A stretch of DNA of 63,029 nucleotides, filler included, from Reticulomyxa filosa (GCA_000512085.1; 11 parts of 11 records of this genome joined end to end with filler, not necessarily neighbours in it), one strand, 5' to 3'; shown: positions 25,440 through 39,092, counted from the first letter of the whole stretch. The notes: a model not told the origin generated them from the sequence alone. Numbers and translations: made by a program.

Positions 25440-27395
25440 AATTTAAACATCATTAATCATCGATATAAACTTTTGAAAAAAAAGTTGTATTTTGAAGGAA
25501 AACAAGCACAAAACAACTAGTTACTGCAACATCTAACAGTATAGTTAATCTTCAATTTTCGAGCCAACAAGATTGTGGCGAAAACAGAAACAAAGAAAAC
25601 AAACTTTTCAAACTAATAAGAAAATTTTTTTCAATTAGTAAAATTTTTTTATCGTAGATAAAAATGTTTATACTAGTTGAAAATTTAATATATAGTATTG
25701 CGATATTTCGTAATATCAGATATCGAACAACTAGCATACCAAGCGAAATTTCTAAAAACAGCAGTTAAAACAGAATAGAAAGCTTGCAAGCAAAAACTGA
25801 GTACTTTCCATTGAATAATTGCAATTAAACATTCACACAAAATTGATTATTTTAAGTATTAAATTTTAATTTTTTGTTTTAGTTTTTTCTAATTTGTTAA
25901 AAGAAAGCAAATTGAATATCAATATTTTATAAAACTTTAACACTTCGAAAATAGGGCCCAGAGAATTCAGTTGAGCAACGATCATATAATTCCCACTGAC
26001 ATCCACAGGGAAGAGCCAAATTATTTTCACAACCGTTGATTGATCTCAATCTTTAACTTTTGAAATTTACTTTGCTCTTTTGCTATTTTAAATTTAATTA
26101 AGACTTTAAATTGATATTTTTGCTTGTTGTGTTGATTGTGAGTTTTAACAAATTTTGTAGATGGATCCACTCAAGAAGATTAAATCGTTCCAGTGATTGT
26201 CTGTTTCGATCTGAACTTATTTGAAAAGAATTGAAAGAGGCAAAGAAGATCACATAACACATTGCAATTGTAGCGATTGGAATGCACACAATCCTGACTG
26301 GTTGATGAAGAAACAAAAGATTGAAACATGGAATGTAAGAAACAATAATTATCGTCAAGTCCTGTCAAACAATTTGAGAGAATGGAAAGAACCATTGCCA
26401 CAGTGGTTTAAAGATGATCAAAAATTGTTGGATTATGCAGTGTTGTAGATGCAGGAAAAAGAACAATTGGAATGAAAACAGTGTGGAAAAGAAACAAGCC
26501 TTGGTGGAGTGATTCTATCTACAGAAAAAGAAAACAGTTATTCTTCCAATTCAAGTCGATGAACAATAAATAACAAAATCCTGAATTGATTGATTCTCAT
26601 ACAATAAAAAAAAAAAAATTAATATTACATCCTTCATGATTTTGTCAACATCTATCAGGTTTTGAAGGAAATTTTGAAAATAAAGTTCAAGTATTACAAC
26701 GATCTTCGTCGCAGAAAATTCCTTAAGACAAAGAAAATTTTTTTTAACTAGTAAAAAAATCTTTTATAAAGTTTTTTTTAAATAGTGTTTGGAGTGTGAC
26801 TTCTTACCTTTTTTACTCCTTTTGGCAACGTATTTATTGCAATTTATTTTTGGGAGGGTCTTTCGCCGTTGGTTCAGCATAAACTCACCACACTTTGAGG
26901 CACGCCTTTAAGAGAAAGAGTCTTTTATATAGCGACAAGTGAAAAAAAAAATTTTAAATTTTAATTTAATCTTTAAAATATCAAAAAAAACCAAATAAAA
27001 TCAAAGGTTGTACGTCGAGATCAATCAACGGTTGCAATGCCAATGCTCAACTGAATCCTCTGGGCCTTGTTTTCGAAGTGTTGAAGTCTCATTGAAATAT
27101 TGAGATTCAATTCAAATTAAAGCAAACTAAAACAAAAAATTTAAACACTTATTATTAAAGAAAAGCATGTGAATGTTGATATTGCCATTTCGGCTTATTT
27201 AATAAAAAAGTGGCTCGCCATTCTTTCTTGTTGACAATCTTGTTGAAGACGAAAATCGTTGTTAATAATCGAAGATTAACTTCGAACTTCTTTCAGATAC
27301 TTCTAGATGTTGCAGTATCTAGTTGTTCTGTGCTTGTATTCCTTCAAAATACAACTTTTTTTCAAAATTTATCTCGATGATGAATGATTATTTTT
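25440..27395. repeat. Large imperfect inverted repeat (arms ~25440-26100 and ~26950-27395)
   Basis: 25470-25535 vs 27303-27366, 25940-25978 vs 27043-27082, and 26030-26048 vs 27017-27034 are near reverse complements. Confidence 0.75.
26221..26545 (+). mobile_element. Non-LTR retrotransposon fragment (endonuclease/linker region)
   Basis: DWNAHNPDW resembles the APE-endonuclease GDFNAHxxxW motif; RNKPWWSD is typical of the APE-RT linker; reading frame interrupted. Confidence 0.55.
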
Positions 27396-27399
27396 TTAT

Positions 27400-28482
27400 A
27401 TTTTTTTAAAGAATTTCTGCTTTTATCAGCACGTATTTTGAGTTTGGAAAAAAGGCTATCCTGGTGGATATGAACACGGATAATGCTGTCAAATAATGGA
27501 AAACGTTCATTAATTGATCTATCAAAGAAAGATCGCAAGAGAGGTCGAAGATGATCACATCACTGGAACGATGAACAAAAAGATGAGACATTCTGAATTG
27601 AATGTCAATCAATCAAACGAACCAAAAGAATTTTTCTGCAAGAATTATCCAATATTGGTGATTGGTCCTGTAAATGGACACTAATTGAAATCTCAAACAT
27701 TGATATTGAAAATGTTTGGGAGAAAGGAAAGATATTGCAACGTTGATCAATGGTGAAGGTAACCTTTTCAACAAATGATGCCAAACGAGCCATTCAAGAG
27801 AAAAACATTTGTATTGAATTTAATGTAGCTTTGATAAATTTCGAAGTAGACCAAGCTCACATTTCCACCAATGCAAGAATTGTCTTGGAATGTAAGTATT
27901 GTGGAAGATCCAATCATTCATGAAGAATGCTTCCACAACAAGAAAACAAGATATCAACGACATTAATGAATATAATCAATGAACGAGTTAATTATATTCC
28001 AGAACAATATTAACGACTTCATTTCGAAAGCGATATATTGGAGATGAATCTCCACACAATTCAACCACATCTATGTATCTTTCAGGAATGTTTCCGATCG
28101 GAGAATAGACCAAGTATTAATAATAACTAACTCCAGAGTTTATCAATGAATTCTGGAGCGAAACAAAAAATATTTGAAACAAGACAAGATAAGTTTCAAG
28201 TATATCGGACTTGAAGAAGAACATTGGAAAAAAGACTATATGGAAAGGAAACAAGCCTTGGTGGAGCGATGCAATTGGATCACTGCAAGAAGGTAATACG
28301 AAACAAGATGGTCATCATCAATTTGAAATAAATTGAAGCTTTGAGACACATACCAACGAATAAAGATGTTCAAGAATTGGATATATATCAGTCAAGCAGG
28401 ATTTCAGTCATGGCGTATCATTATGGGCATCCAAATGAATGCGATTCACAACAAATACAATTCAGAAACTTTTTTTATTATA
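27400..28482 (+). mobile_element. Non-LTR retrotransposon fragment (gag-like Cys knuckle and ORF2 pieces)
   Basis: QCKNC and CKYCGRSNH remnants near 27870-27930. A second KPWWSD copy at ~28250-28270 is similar to 26490-26515. Multiple stops. Confidence 0.5.
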
Positions 28483-28582
28483 NNNNNNNNNNNNNNNNNN
28501 NNNNNNNNNNNNNNNNNNNNNNNNNNTTAATTAATTAANNNNNNNNNNNNNNNNNNNNNNNNNNNNNNNNNNNNNNNNNNNN
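28483..28582. other. Artificial contig linker
   Basis: N44-TTAATTAATTAA-N44 (stops in all six frames). Confidence 0.98.
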
Positions 28583-28614
<32 letters not shown>

Positions 28615-28739
28615 TTTGCTTTGAAACAAACCAGTGATAAAAAACAACAATGACAACAAATACATAAAACAAAAAAAACTTACCAAACGCAAGGTAAATT
28701 GACACGAAGAGAGATCCTGGAACCAGACCAATAAACATA

Positions 28740-29481
28740 AATCCAAAACAACAGTGCATTCTTCCAATTGGTCAATTGCCTCGTCCAAGTTCTGGCATTC
28801 CTTATCTATCATGTTTATGCGTAGCTGCAGATCACTGTTGTCATTGTCGTTGCGTGCTTGTTCTTCCAGTCTGCTCTTGCGCTTTGTTAGTTGCTCTTGT
28901 CTGTTCACGTGTGTGTGTGTATGCGCATAATAGAGAGGAGTTGGTCAAAGGAACGCTTTGCTGCGATTTTGCGTGTAAAATATAAAAGAACAATACAGAA
29001 ATTTGATTCCCCCCCCCCCACTCAACAAGGCTAAAAGCTTATTCTTGTATTCTGCCACTCGAAATGAAAAGTGAAATGGCATCGCACCATCATCATTTAT
29101 CTCAGTGTCAGCTACCAATCTATTCCATTCCGAAAAACATTTGTCCTTTTTTCGCTGGTGGCAGAAAATACATTCACATAATATACATATATATATTGTA
29201 TATTATGTGAATGTGGACATTACACATACACTTTGTGTGTGTGTGTGTGATGCACATATACGTGCATTTTTTAAAAAAAAAAGTGCAAGATCAACACAAA
29301 CACCAAACTGAGCCAAAATTTCAAATAGTGTTAATTCAACACGAGTCGGGTTTCCAAACGGCGTGTACTGTTCAAGCCGAGAAGCAAGCCCACCATTAGA
29401 ATCAGTAAATGTTTCAAGACATTGCAGTTGATCACTTTTGGACCACAAAGCTTTCACTCCCGAATGAAGTCCAAGATCCAT
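28740..29481 (-). CDS. Hypothetical multi-exon protein, probably 3'-truncated at the contig end
   Basis: ORF MDLGLHSG... followed by coding-like segments (KCFSEWNRLVADTE; coiled-coil QEQLTKRKSRLEEQ...LDEAIDQLE) separated by microsatellite-rich introns. Confidence 0.45.
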
Positions 29482-29713
29482 GTTTTATCTCTAATGGAAA
29501 AGGGAGCTTATATCGACGCCTTTTTTTAAAACAAAAAAGTTCAGTACGTCAGAGCAAGCTTTTTGCATTGCAATTTGAAGTGTTTTGTGTTTTAAGCCAA
29601 TTTTTGTAAATAATATGACAAGGTTGGTTTGATGGATAATTTGTCTTCAAACGATGACGCTTAGTTTTTTTTGTGGATGTTGATGAGCCTCTGTTGTAAT
29701 TGAGAGACTAATA

Positions 29714-32092
29714 ATGTCAGGAGAAGCATTAGAAACAGCAGTTTCTGGTCGCCGAACACATGTACCCGCAAGCGCCCCACCACCAAAACCGGTCGATGGC
29801 GCAGAAGCCTCGATGGTATGAATTGCAGTGCAGAAAACAAATAATACAACGAAACAAAAGAAACAAAGAAACAAAGGAACAAAGGAAGAACAACAAAGGA
29901 CCAAAGAAAATACACAAACGAAAATCACAAAAAGATGGTACTACAAGACAAATTGAGGAAAACGGAGGAAAAGTATCAACAATGCAAGCAAGAGTCAATT
30001 AGATTTCAACAAAAGTGTCACAATTTGGAGTCTCAATTGTCGTCATTGAGCCCTAAAAAACAAATGTCCAATCCAAACTTTGGCAAAATTGATCAACATC
30101 AAAGTGAAGTTGTACTTTTGAATGAGCGTATGAAATATTTGGAAGACAAAAATGATCTTTTGAATCAGGTTTTTTTGTTTGTTTGTTTTTGTACTTGTTT
30201 CCGGCTATTCATATTATTATCAATTGTTATTATTATGAATATTGTCAAATGTAATGAAAAAAAAAAAAAAGACAAAGAACGCATTGAGTCAGGATTTGAG
30301 CGAATGGCAAGAGAAAGTGGAAGCATTGCGAATGGAACTGAAAGGCAAGGAAGAGAGGATCGGGAGCATGGGCGAGCAGATAAGCGAATACAAAAAAAAG
30401 GACGAACGAATGAGTGAGTTGGAGCGTTTGAATGCGAGACTAAGCGAGGAGAATAACAATTGGAAAGAGCAGTACGCGGTGATGAAGATTACCACGCAAA
30501 CCCAGGGCCAACAATTGAATGCATTGTCTGTGCGAACAAGAGAGCTCGAAATCCAAGACTTGGCGTTGAAAGATGACAATGACAAATTGACTTCGGCAAA
30601 TCAACAATACAGAGTTCAAATACAAGAAATGCTCAAAGTCCTCGGTAAATCATTTTATTATATATATGTGCATATATGACATATATGTACATTTGTTAGA
30701 TGTCAGCACATGTAACATGTTGGTCATGTCCCCTTTCCCTTTTTTTTTTTTTTTTTACAATTCTCAAAAAAAAAAAAAAAAGAGGAACAAAAGAATGAAA
30801 GCGAAATGACATTGCAAATGGCAACGAAAAAGCACATGACAATGATAAAAGAGTTAGAAAACCAATTGAAAGTCGAAGCTAACCAAAATGTGCAATTACG
30901 ATCGGAGATGTGTCAAATGAAGGATGACTTGGACGAAATGAAATGGCGTGAAAAGACTAAACGCGAAGCGGAGATGAAGGCCAATGCCAATGCCAATGCA
31001 ACCCAAATCAATGGCAATGGTAGTGTTCCATCGACGACATCACAAAACGAACATGAATTGGTGATCATCAGCTTGTCGGAGCGATTTGCCGCGGTGAAAG
31101 AAGATAATATGACCCTAAAGAATCGACTAAACAACAAAAGCCACGTCATTGAACAACTGCAACAAGAGTTGAAGAAAAAGCAAGAGTGGATTGCAGATTT
31201 GATTGAGAAATTGAATGAAAAGCCTGCTTCACCTCCCAACGCTGTCCACTCACAGCTGCAAGATCATGGATCGCACACCCAAGACATCTCATCATCACTT
31301 CCGTCCAAATCCGAAGCTGTGCCTTTGCCGTCGACGACACCTTCGCAAGCGAATCAAAGTCGCAATGGCGACAACAACAGCTCCTCCTCTCCTCATGACG
31401 CGCAAGCCAAACCGGAGACCAAAAAAAAGTAGCGTGGTTGCGAAGGCCTCTTTGGCCACTAAATTGATCCAACAGCAGCGAGCCCAAATCGAACATATGC
31501 GAACCGTGTACAACAAACAATGGTCAATTTTGTCCAATCAGTTGCAACAGCTCTCTCATGATAATGATCGACTTCATGTCGAAAATTCGAGTTTAAATCA
31601 AGAATTGAATGTACGACATACTTTAACTTTTTTTTTTTGGAAGAAAAAAAAATAGTCAAATTATTCCGCTTATTCACAAATGTAATAACCCCCTTTTTTT
31701 TTTTGAAATTCAAATAGAAATTGTTTTCGCTGACAAAATTACAAGCGGCGCAGATAAAGTTGTTGCGCCAAAAAACAAACCAACCAGAAGAAAGTGAACT
31801 AATTGGCAATGAGCTGATCGACTTGGAACAAATCACAGAGGTGCTGACAAAACCCAAGGAATCGAAACCATCTGAACAGGACAAACGCGACCTGGAAGAC
31901 AAAGATGATACTACTGCTACTCTTCTTCCTCAGGATGCGCCCGGGGATAAGAATGACGTTCAACAACTGGCTCAATGGGTGCAAATGATGATCGAACAAC
32001 AAACGAATGGCGATTATGTTGATGTGGATATTGGCGACTTGGCCGAAGAGGACATAGATATCGAACCTGAAGCTGAGCAAGATGGAATCTAA
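29714..32092 (+). CDS. Multi-exon coiled-coil protein
   Basis: ATG at 29714 (MSGEALE); GT-AG introns link heptad-rich ORFs 29935, 30242, 30806, 31215 and 31721; acidic C-terminus ends at 32092. Confidence 0.72.
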
Positions 32093-32902
32093 ACACTACT
32101 TTTTTCTTTGTCTTTCAATACACAAACAATCAATGTCACTTTATTCTATCTTATTGTAAAAAAAAAAATTGTAATTTCAATGGTAAGAGCTAGTCTTAAT
32201 TACAATGCCAATCTAATATATCAAAATATACTTTAACAAATAATTCAACTTTTAATAATAAGATATTTCTTTCGAAAACTATCATGATGGAATAAAATTA
32301 AAACTATTGCTTGCTTCAATTTTTAGTATATTTTATAAGTTTATATTTATACCACTTCGTAACAAAAAAAGCTTAGCATAAACAACAGAACGATGACAGT
32401 ATTCAGTTATCATATTTAGATATTCGAAAATTATTAATTATAGCATCATTTGCTTGTCACATATAAATTATATTGTATATGAATTTTTTACTGTTACAAA
32501 GCCAAACAATACAGGCCATATGAAAGATAAAATATTTGTAATTGACAAAAAACTGTAAAAAATGAATGCACTTGGAAACATTTGAAGATGGTATATGTTT
32601 TAAAAAATGTTAAAATGTTAATTTTTACTAGAAAATCAATCTCCATAAAGTACAATTTTCTATGTCATTGCTTTTGTCAATGCACGTAACAATAAGAATA
32701 GCAATGCTAATTTGCTTAGTGGTAACAAGTATATCGTTTGTTCTTGGTCATGTTGTAAATCATTAATATTGGATATTGAAACATTTGTTCACAAACTCGA
32801 TTCTTTGATTTCATTAAATAAAGTACAAACTGGAGTACAATAGATTTTATTCCTTGGTACACGTACGTAAAAGATCCCCTGTAAGATAAAACTGAGCGCT
32901 TT

Positions 32903-35426
32903 GTGCCACTGAAGGACAACGACAAAGTGAATTTTTCTGCTCGATCCATCCAAATTTGTTCCTCCACTGCATCTGTGGAGATGAGGTCTGGTCTAAATTG
33001 TAACAAAGGACATAAGAATCTTTTTCAATTGAGTGTGAGAACAACGTTTGTGATCTCACAACCAACGTCAGTTCGTCATTCCCGTCAGAAAAAATTACGT
33101 CAGCTTCTCAATGCACAACGAATGAAAAAGTATGGTCAAAAGTATGAAATAGAGCGCGAAATAGCACAAATATTTTCTTTCGACAATCCCACAGCTATTT
33201 CTTTCCGACAGCTATTGATCACACAAGTTAGTAATTGGACAAAAAAAAGGATGAGTAGAGTTGTTTTGGAAATTTCTGGAAAAATCTGTGATCAAGAAAA
33301 AGAAATAATTTTTTTTTGCTGGGGCGGGGGGGGACAACAACAAAAAACAAAAGAAAGAGCCATTGCCACGTAAGTTGGCAATGATGATTGAGCGTACAAC
33401 AGGCGTACGCATTAGTCCATTGTATCAGGCAATGCCAGAGGCGTTGTATAAATGGATGACAGATGAGAAAGTGGCAAGCAAATTGAATTCCAAAATGACA
33501 GCAAAAAAAGCACAACTAATAAATGAGATCGCAATGGATCACTTTTCATTGACATCACAAGACCCGAAAAGATATCCAATCTTAAACATTAGGTCCGAGG
33601 ACACCAATCCGTTTGTGCGCATGTTTAGTGGCAGTGTGTTGTTCGAAGGTGACCAAGAACGCGTGGAAGAAGCATTACAACTTTATCAATTCTTGAACTC
33701 AGTTAAACGGACTCCACTGTTCTCAACAACAACAACAACAACAACACAAATGGACATCAGTCATCGTTACATTGAAATGAATACAAACATTGAATATACA
33801 CATATACCCAAAAAAAAAAAAAAAGATGACACTCAATTTTGAGTTGTCTTTGTCGAATTTGCCACGACGAATATTAGACCAATGGATGATAAAGTTTATG
33901 AACAAAATGTTAATCTATCGCACAACTCCAGAAATAAAGCAAGCTGATAATAAAATAGCGGTGGACGACCCATCCAAAAAACAAGAGCTAAACACTTTGC
34001 AATATGATAGTATTCACTCCATTTCTAATTATTTGAACTCCATCTTTCCATCGCAACTTTCTGTATCATCGCCATCACCATTAACTCCCTCTTTTTCTTC
34101 GTCGTCATCATCTTCTGCTGTTAGTGCGAATGAACGGCTGGGCTCTTTGTCGAAAAAGACCTTGTTCAAACGTCGGAAGATTAGTGAAGAACAGCACATG
34201 TATTTAAACGCGTTTGCGAAAAATGGAGTTTGGTTTCGTCGTTTCCTAACTTTGCAGTCTTCGGCTGTTGATATGTCTTCTCCTATTTGCTTTTACAAGC
34301 AAAACCTACTATCCAAGACCAAATTCAAACTGTATGGCACTTTTCAAACCATCAAACATGTTATAAATGATTTACAAGAGTTGAGCCAGGTTTTTACTCT
34401 CTCTTTATTCCTACTGCTATCTCTTTATTCCTATCTCTATCTCTTTATTCCTATCTCTATCTCTTTATTCCTATCTCTATCTCTTTCATTTTGTAGCCCT
34501 CTTCACACATACACACATACACACACACACACACATACATAATATACACTTCTTCATTGATTGCATTTTCGAATCAAAATAATTACCTCAAGTCTTGCAC
34601 AGCGCTGCACCTTGGAAGCGATCGAGTCTCACTCTTGTTGTACAAATTCCCATGGCTACTTTACAAAGTTGAAAAAGTTACCAATGCTCGAGTATGGCAA
34701 GATATGGCAAGGCCTGGAATCATTTGGGTTTACGCCGATCACAGAAAGGATAAACAACGTGCCATTCGTTTTTTGCAGATTTTTTTTAATGTTCCGTTTT
34801 TTGTTTTTTTTTTTTTTTTTAAATGAACAACAAGAATAATTGCATTCATTTTAAATTAAAGTATACACATACACACCCAAAATATAAATGTATACGAATG
34901 TATAAAATAAAAGCAATTTGAAGTAATGAATTTAGATTTGAATAAATTTGCAATGATAAATGGCTTTCATGGACAAAAGATAAAAAAAATCCAAGAACAA
35001 TGCAAAGCCCAAGTGTTTCGATTTAAGCACAGTCCACGAAAAAACGATCACCAAAAGCGAGCACAATTACAATTCAACAAAACAGAATACCAGCAATGGC
35101 TTTTGAAAAATGCAAATACTGCTGACAATGATAATAACAAAGTCAATATCAATCCAAAATTAATATCCAGTTCAGATGTTAGATCCGTGAAATTAATCGC
35201 GGGCGAAACAAGCAATGAGACAACGTCAGTAACGACCTCCTCGTCCGTAGAACAACAATCGAAAACGATATCTCTGCAAGTGCAAATGCAAGACTCGAAT
35301 CAAATTCAAAAGTACTCCATGCCTTCTCCGACGGAGACGCAGTCTTTGACGGATTTCCAAAAGCAACAATTTGTCGCAAAGCAAGCACAATCTCGACCAA
35401 AGACACAGTTTAAAAAAAGAGTTTAG
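32903..35426 (+). CDS. Multi-exon hypothetical protein with a C-terminal KH-like motif; start not determined
   Basis: Collinear + strand ORFs 32903, 33363, 33790, 34557 and 34926 separated by intron-like tracts. FAMINGFHGQKIKKIQEQCKAQV matches the KH GxxG consensus. Confidence 0.55.
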
Positions 35427-35475
35427 TTTTCGACACTAATTACAAAACTTATCCAACCTTTTTTTTTTTTTTTTT

Positions 35476-35575
35476 NNNNNNNNNNNNNNNNNNNNNNNNN
35501 NNNNNNNNNNNNNNNNNNNTTAATTAATTAANNNNNNNNNNNNNNNNNNNNNNNNNNNNNNNNNNNNNNNNNNNN
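35476..35575. other. Artificial contig linker
   Basis: N44-TTAATTAATTAA-N44. Confidence 0.98.
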
Positions 35576-35761
35576 AAAATTGATAAAAGTTCATTTAAAC
35601 CCCAACATAATTCATTTCTGTTTGTTATACACACACACACACATACATAATATTATTTAAAAAAAGGGGGAATATAACATATTCGCACATATATAATAAA
35701 AAAAAATACTTTATTAAATTAGGTTTATCCTTTTTTTTTTTACTTTAAAAAAAAAAACAAC

Positions 35762-36563
35762 TTAACACATCCATACACAATCTTTGACCACAATTATCAA
35801 TTATTAATCCATTACGATCTTTATTTAAAGAATATGATTCATTCATATTTTGATTCAAATAATAAAAAGCTTGTTTATCATAATACATTTGTAATAATAC
35901 TTTAGTCACTGATTCACGTAATCTAATTAATTAGATTATATCATATATATCATATATATCATATACATATACATATAAACACATATACATATATACATAT
36001 ATGTATATCACATATCACAATCATCAAAACTGAATATAAAATAATGCATGACTTGTATTATCAAAAACAACCACTGGAAATGCTATCAATGCAATAATTG
36101 ATACTATTATTGACCAATAATAAAATCCATTCACATCTTTTTTCATTATAGAATTACTTAAATATTTTATTGGATATGTTACTATTATTTCAAGAGATTG
36201 TAAACATAAAATTGTTAACATTTTACAAAACATTGATTTCTTAATTAATCTCCAATTATATGATGACATCTTTGGTATTATATCTGAAAATAGATTATAA
36301 GTATACCACATTATTGATGAAATACCTACTGTTGATTCATTCAATTGTTTCCATCCTTTTGTACAACAATTTTTTGAATTATTCACACTTCTTCGAATTC
36401 TCTTGTGATTAGCTAATTCTGATTTGGTCTTCGAGTCTGTGACAGTGCTCTCTGAAGCATAAGACGAGGAGGAAGTCAAACCATCAGATCCAGTTTCTTG
36501 TCCAGAAACAGAGTAGGTCTTACGAGAACGAAAACCAGTTCCTGACCACAACAACCGCAGCAT
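35762..36563 (-). CDS. ABCD-family (peroxisomal-type) ABC transporter, N-terminal part; truncated by the gap
   Basis: TM segments in ORF 36024-36563. The next exon reads LRESVTKVLLQMYYDKQAFYYL...IDNCGQRLCMDV, matching the ABCD DNPDQRIxxDV motif. Confidence 0.7.
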
Positions 36564-36869
36564 TTTTTAGTCCCACAACAAAAAAAATGAGGAAAGTTCG
36601 AATTCAAAATCTGACTGGTTAGTACAAAGTTTTTTTTGGTTTAATTTCCAAATCACTTGAATGACAAATTTTTTTCCTTTCAAACACCAACTGTCAAAAA
36701 AGCGCAGCCTTCTTTTAAAGTTGTCAGGAGAAACACGTTCAGCAAATTTTTTTTGCTGTTGAAGTCGTCACAACAAAACGAGTACATCTCTGTAATAAAA
36801 GTTTTTTTAGAGCGTTGATACTAAGCCAGCTGTTTGTTTTTTGTATTGTTTTGAAAATATGGGGCAGTA

Positions 36870-37181
36870 ATGTCAGAAGAAAACTCGTGGGTGAGCAACA
36901 TTACAAGTCTGACGAGTAGTGATATCTCGGTAATGGTCGCTGCGATATTTTGGTCGTGGTCGGTTTTGCCAGACAAACCGAAATTCTTTGAAAAATTGCT
37001 TGAACACGAGGTATATAGGAATTACTTGAAATGGCTCGTTTTGTATGCGTTACTGTATCAAGGTCCTGCCAAGGGCAAGCACACAAGAGCAGTGATTGGC
37101 CTTTTACTTGCTTATATACTCAGAAAGTTCTTGGATGATATCCACGAGAGGACAAAAGCCTATGATGGCCACGATCAATGA
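36870..37181 (+). CDS. Small intronless membrane protein (103 aa)
   Basis: Clean ATG-TGA ORF with coding-like composition and 2-3 hydrophobic segments; divergent from the ABCD gene. Confidence 0.6.
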   Translation: MSEENSWVSNITSLTSSDISVMVAAIFWSWSVLPDKPKFFEKLLEHEVYRNYLKWLVLYALLYQGPAKGKHTRAVIGLLLAYILRKFLDDIHERTKAYDGHDQ

Positions 37182-38232
37182 TCTAAAATACAAAATTAAA
37201 TGATAGTAGAAAAATCAACCACTTTCTTGTTGTGGGGCTATTTGTGGAAATTTTTGTTGAAAGAAGACAATTTAAAGTGTTTTTCATATGTGAAAGCTTG
37301 TGAAATTACTATGGTTAAATACAAGCTGATAAAGTTAGCCCTTGCTGTACAAAAGTAAAAATTTGATCAAAAAATCTTTTATTATAACATCAATATAATT
37401 TTTAAAGTGGAGAGAGGAGAAATCAGAAGTATCTATTTTTAGGATGTTAGAAACATTCAAGTATTTTGCAAAATATTTTTTGTTATTTGAGCAAAACACC
37501 ACATTTTCGAAGATTTGATTAAAAAATGATTGAATCTGAGCTAAATGTATCATCCAAAAGGTATCCCATAAGAATAGTGATTGACCTTGCAAGAAAAAAA
37601 GAGAAGATTGTCGCACTCTGAAACATTTAAAAGAAAATATTTTGTATTGACGCTTTTGAGAGGAAAGCCAAGTGCTGCTCTTTATTTCAAATTAACGGAA
37701 GTGGATACACAAGAAACGTGCGAACCATTATGAACAATTCAAATGCTACAATGCGATTGACATATTTTCTGTATGCTAACAAAAGTACTTTCATAAAAAA
37801 AGGTGACATGTGGACAGACATTTTTATTTTAGTCGAGGGATAAATTCTGTGTTAGAGCACATAGCGCGAATACGCAAAAAAAAGAACGGAAAAGTTTTTT
37901 TGGAAATAAGTTGCATAATAATTTATTTGCATTAACACAGAAATATGCAGGAGTGAAATATGCACATCAAGAAATTATGCTATCAAGCCTTGAGACACGC
38001 ATACAAAAACATTTGTAAGAAACATTTCGTGCATGAATTGTTGTAAAAGTTCATTGAACGTTACTCCAAAAAAAAGCCACTAGCATGAAGTGTATTACAT
38101 CGTGCGTATTTTTCAGTTTAGGACAAAAACTCAGTGCATTAAAGGTGGTCAAAAATATGCTTTAAAACCAGTTCCTTTGGTAATTTACCACGCCCATTTC
38201 GACATAAACGATGAAAGCATTTCCTCACAAAC

Positions 38233-39092
38233 TCACAAAAAAACTGAAATAATGAAAGTCAACACCAACGCACCAATTGACAATACAGCTTGGTTGGCAG
38301 GGCAAATGATGCAATCCCATTCAGTGCCCGAGTCATCTTCATGACATCCAGCAGGATAGGTAGTAGAAGAGTCAGTACCAGAACATTGAGAGCCATCATA
38401 CTTATTTCGTGTTGCGTACGCTTTGCTCTTTGTGTCGCAGTGAATTTCCCACATAACACTAGTTTTTGAAGATGATCCGTAGGTTACACAGATCTCGTCA
38501 ACCAGTGCAACAGCTCTATTATTACGTAACACATAACACGTATTGCAATAAAAAATTCACATTACGTGTGACGCAACAAAAAAGGAACTAACATTGCAGA
38601 AGTGCAATCGCCATCAGCCGCAGTGCAACTGCAAGGGGTTTTTCTTCCAAAAGTTTTTCCGCACGAAACATAATCTTGGTCGCACTCAAAGACAGTGCTG
38701 TTTGTTATATCCTCGACAGTTGGATTATCACCTGAGTTGTTTATCACAATAATTTTTTGCAAAATTTTTTTTCTTTATAGCCTCTTTTTGTTTTCTACCT
38801 GAGCAGTCTGCATTTCCTGAATATGAGTATCGCAAAACTTTGCTTGAAGTTGCGCATTTATACTTGAAGGAGAAAAATACACCCTTTCCACTTGAGCTCT
38901 CCACTACGTAGTTGCACTTATTAACGCCCACAGGATATTGAACTATTCATCAACAACTTTTGTTACGTTGTGTTTTTACAGTTGTTGGAGAAACGAACTA
39001 AAAGCGTCTTCATAATCGAACACCCACTGGCAATTCTTTGCCAAGACTGTACCAATAAACAGCGCAAAAACTGTCCACACACGGTTGCTCAT
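38233..39092 (-). CDS. Cys-rich secreted, probably GPI-anchored surface protein; ~4 exons
   Basis: Signal peptide MSNRVWTVFALFIGTVLA; Cys-rich exons (YSGNADCSG, YDGSQCSG); hydrophobic C-terminus AVLSIGALVLTFIISVFL-stop. Confidence 0.75.
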
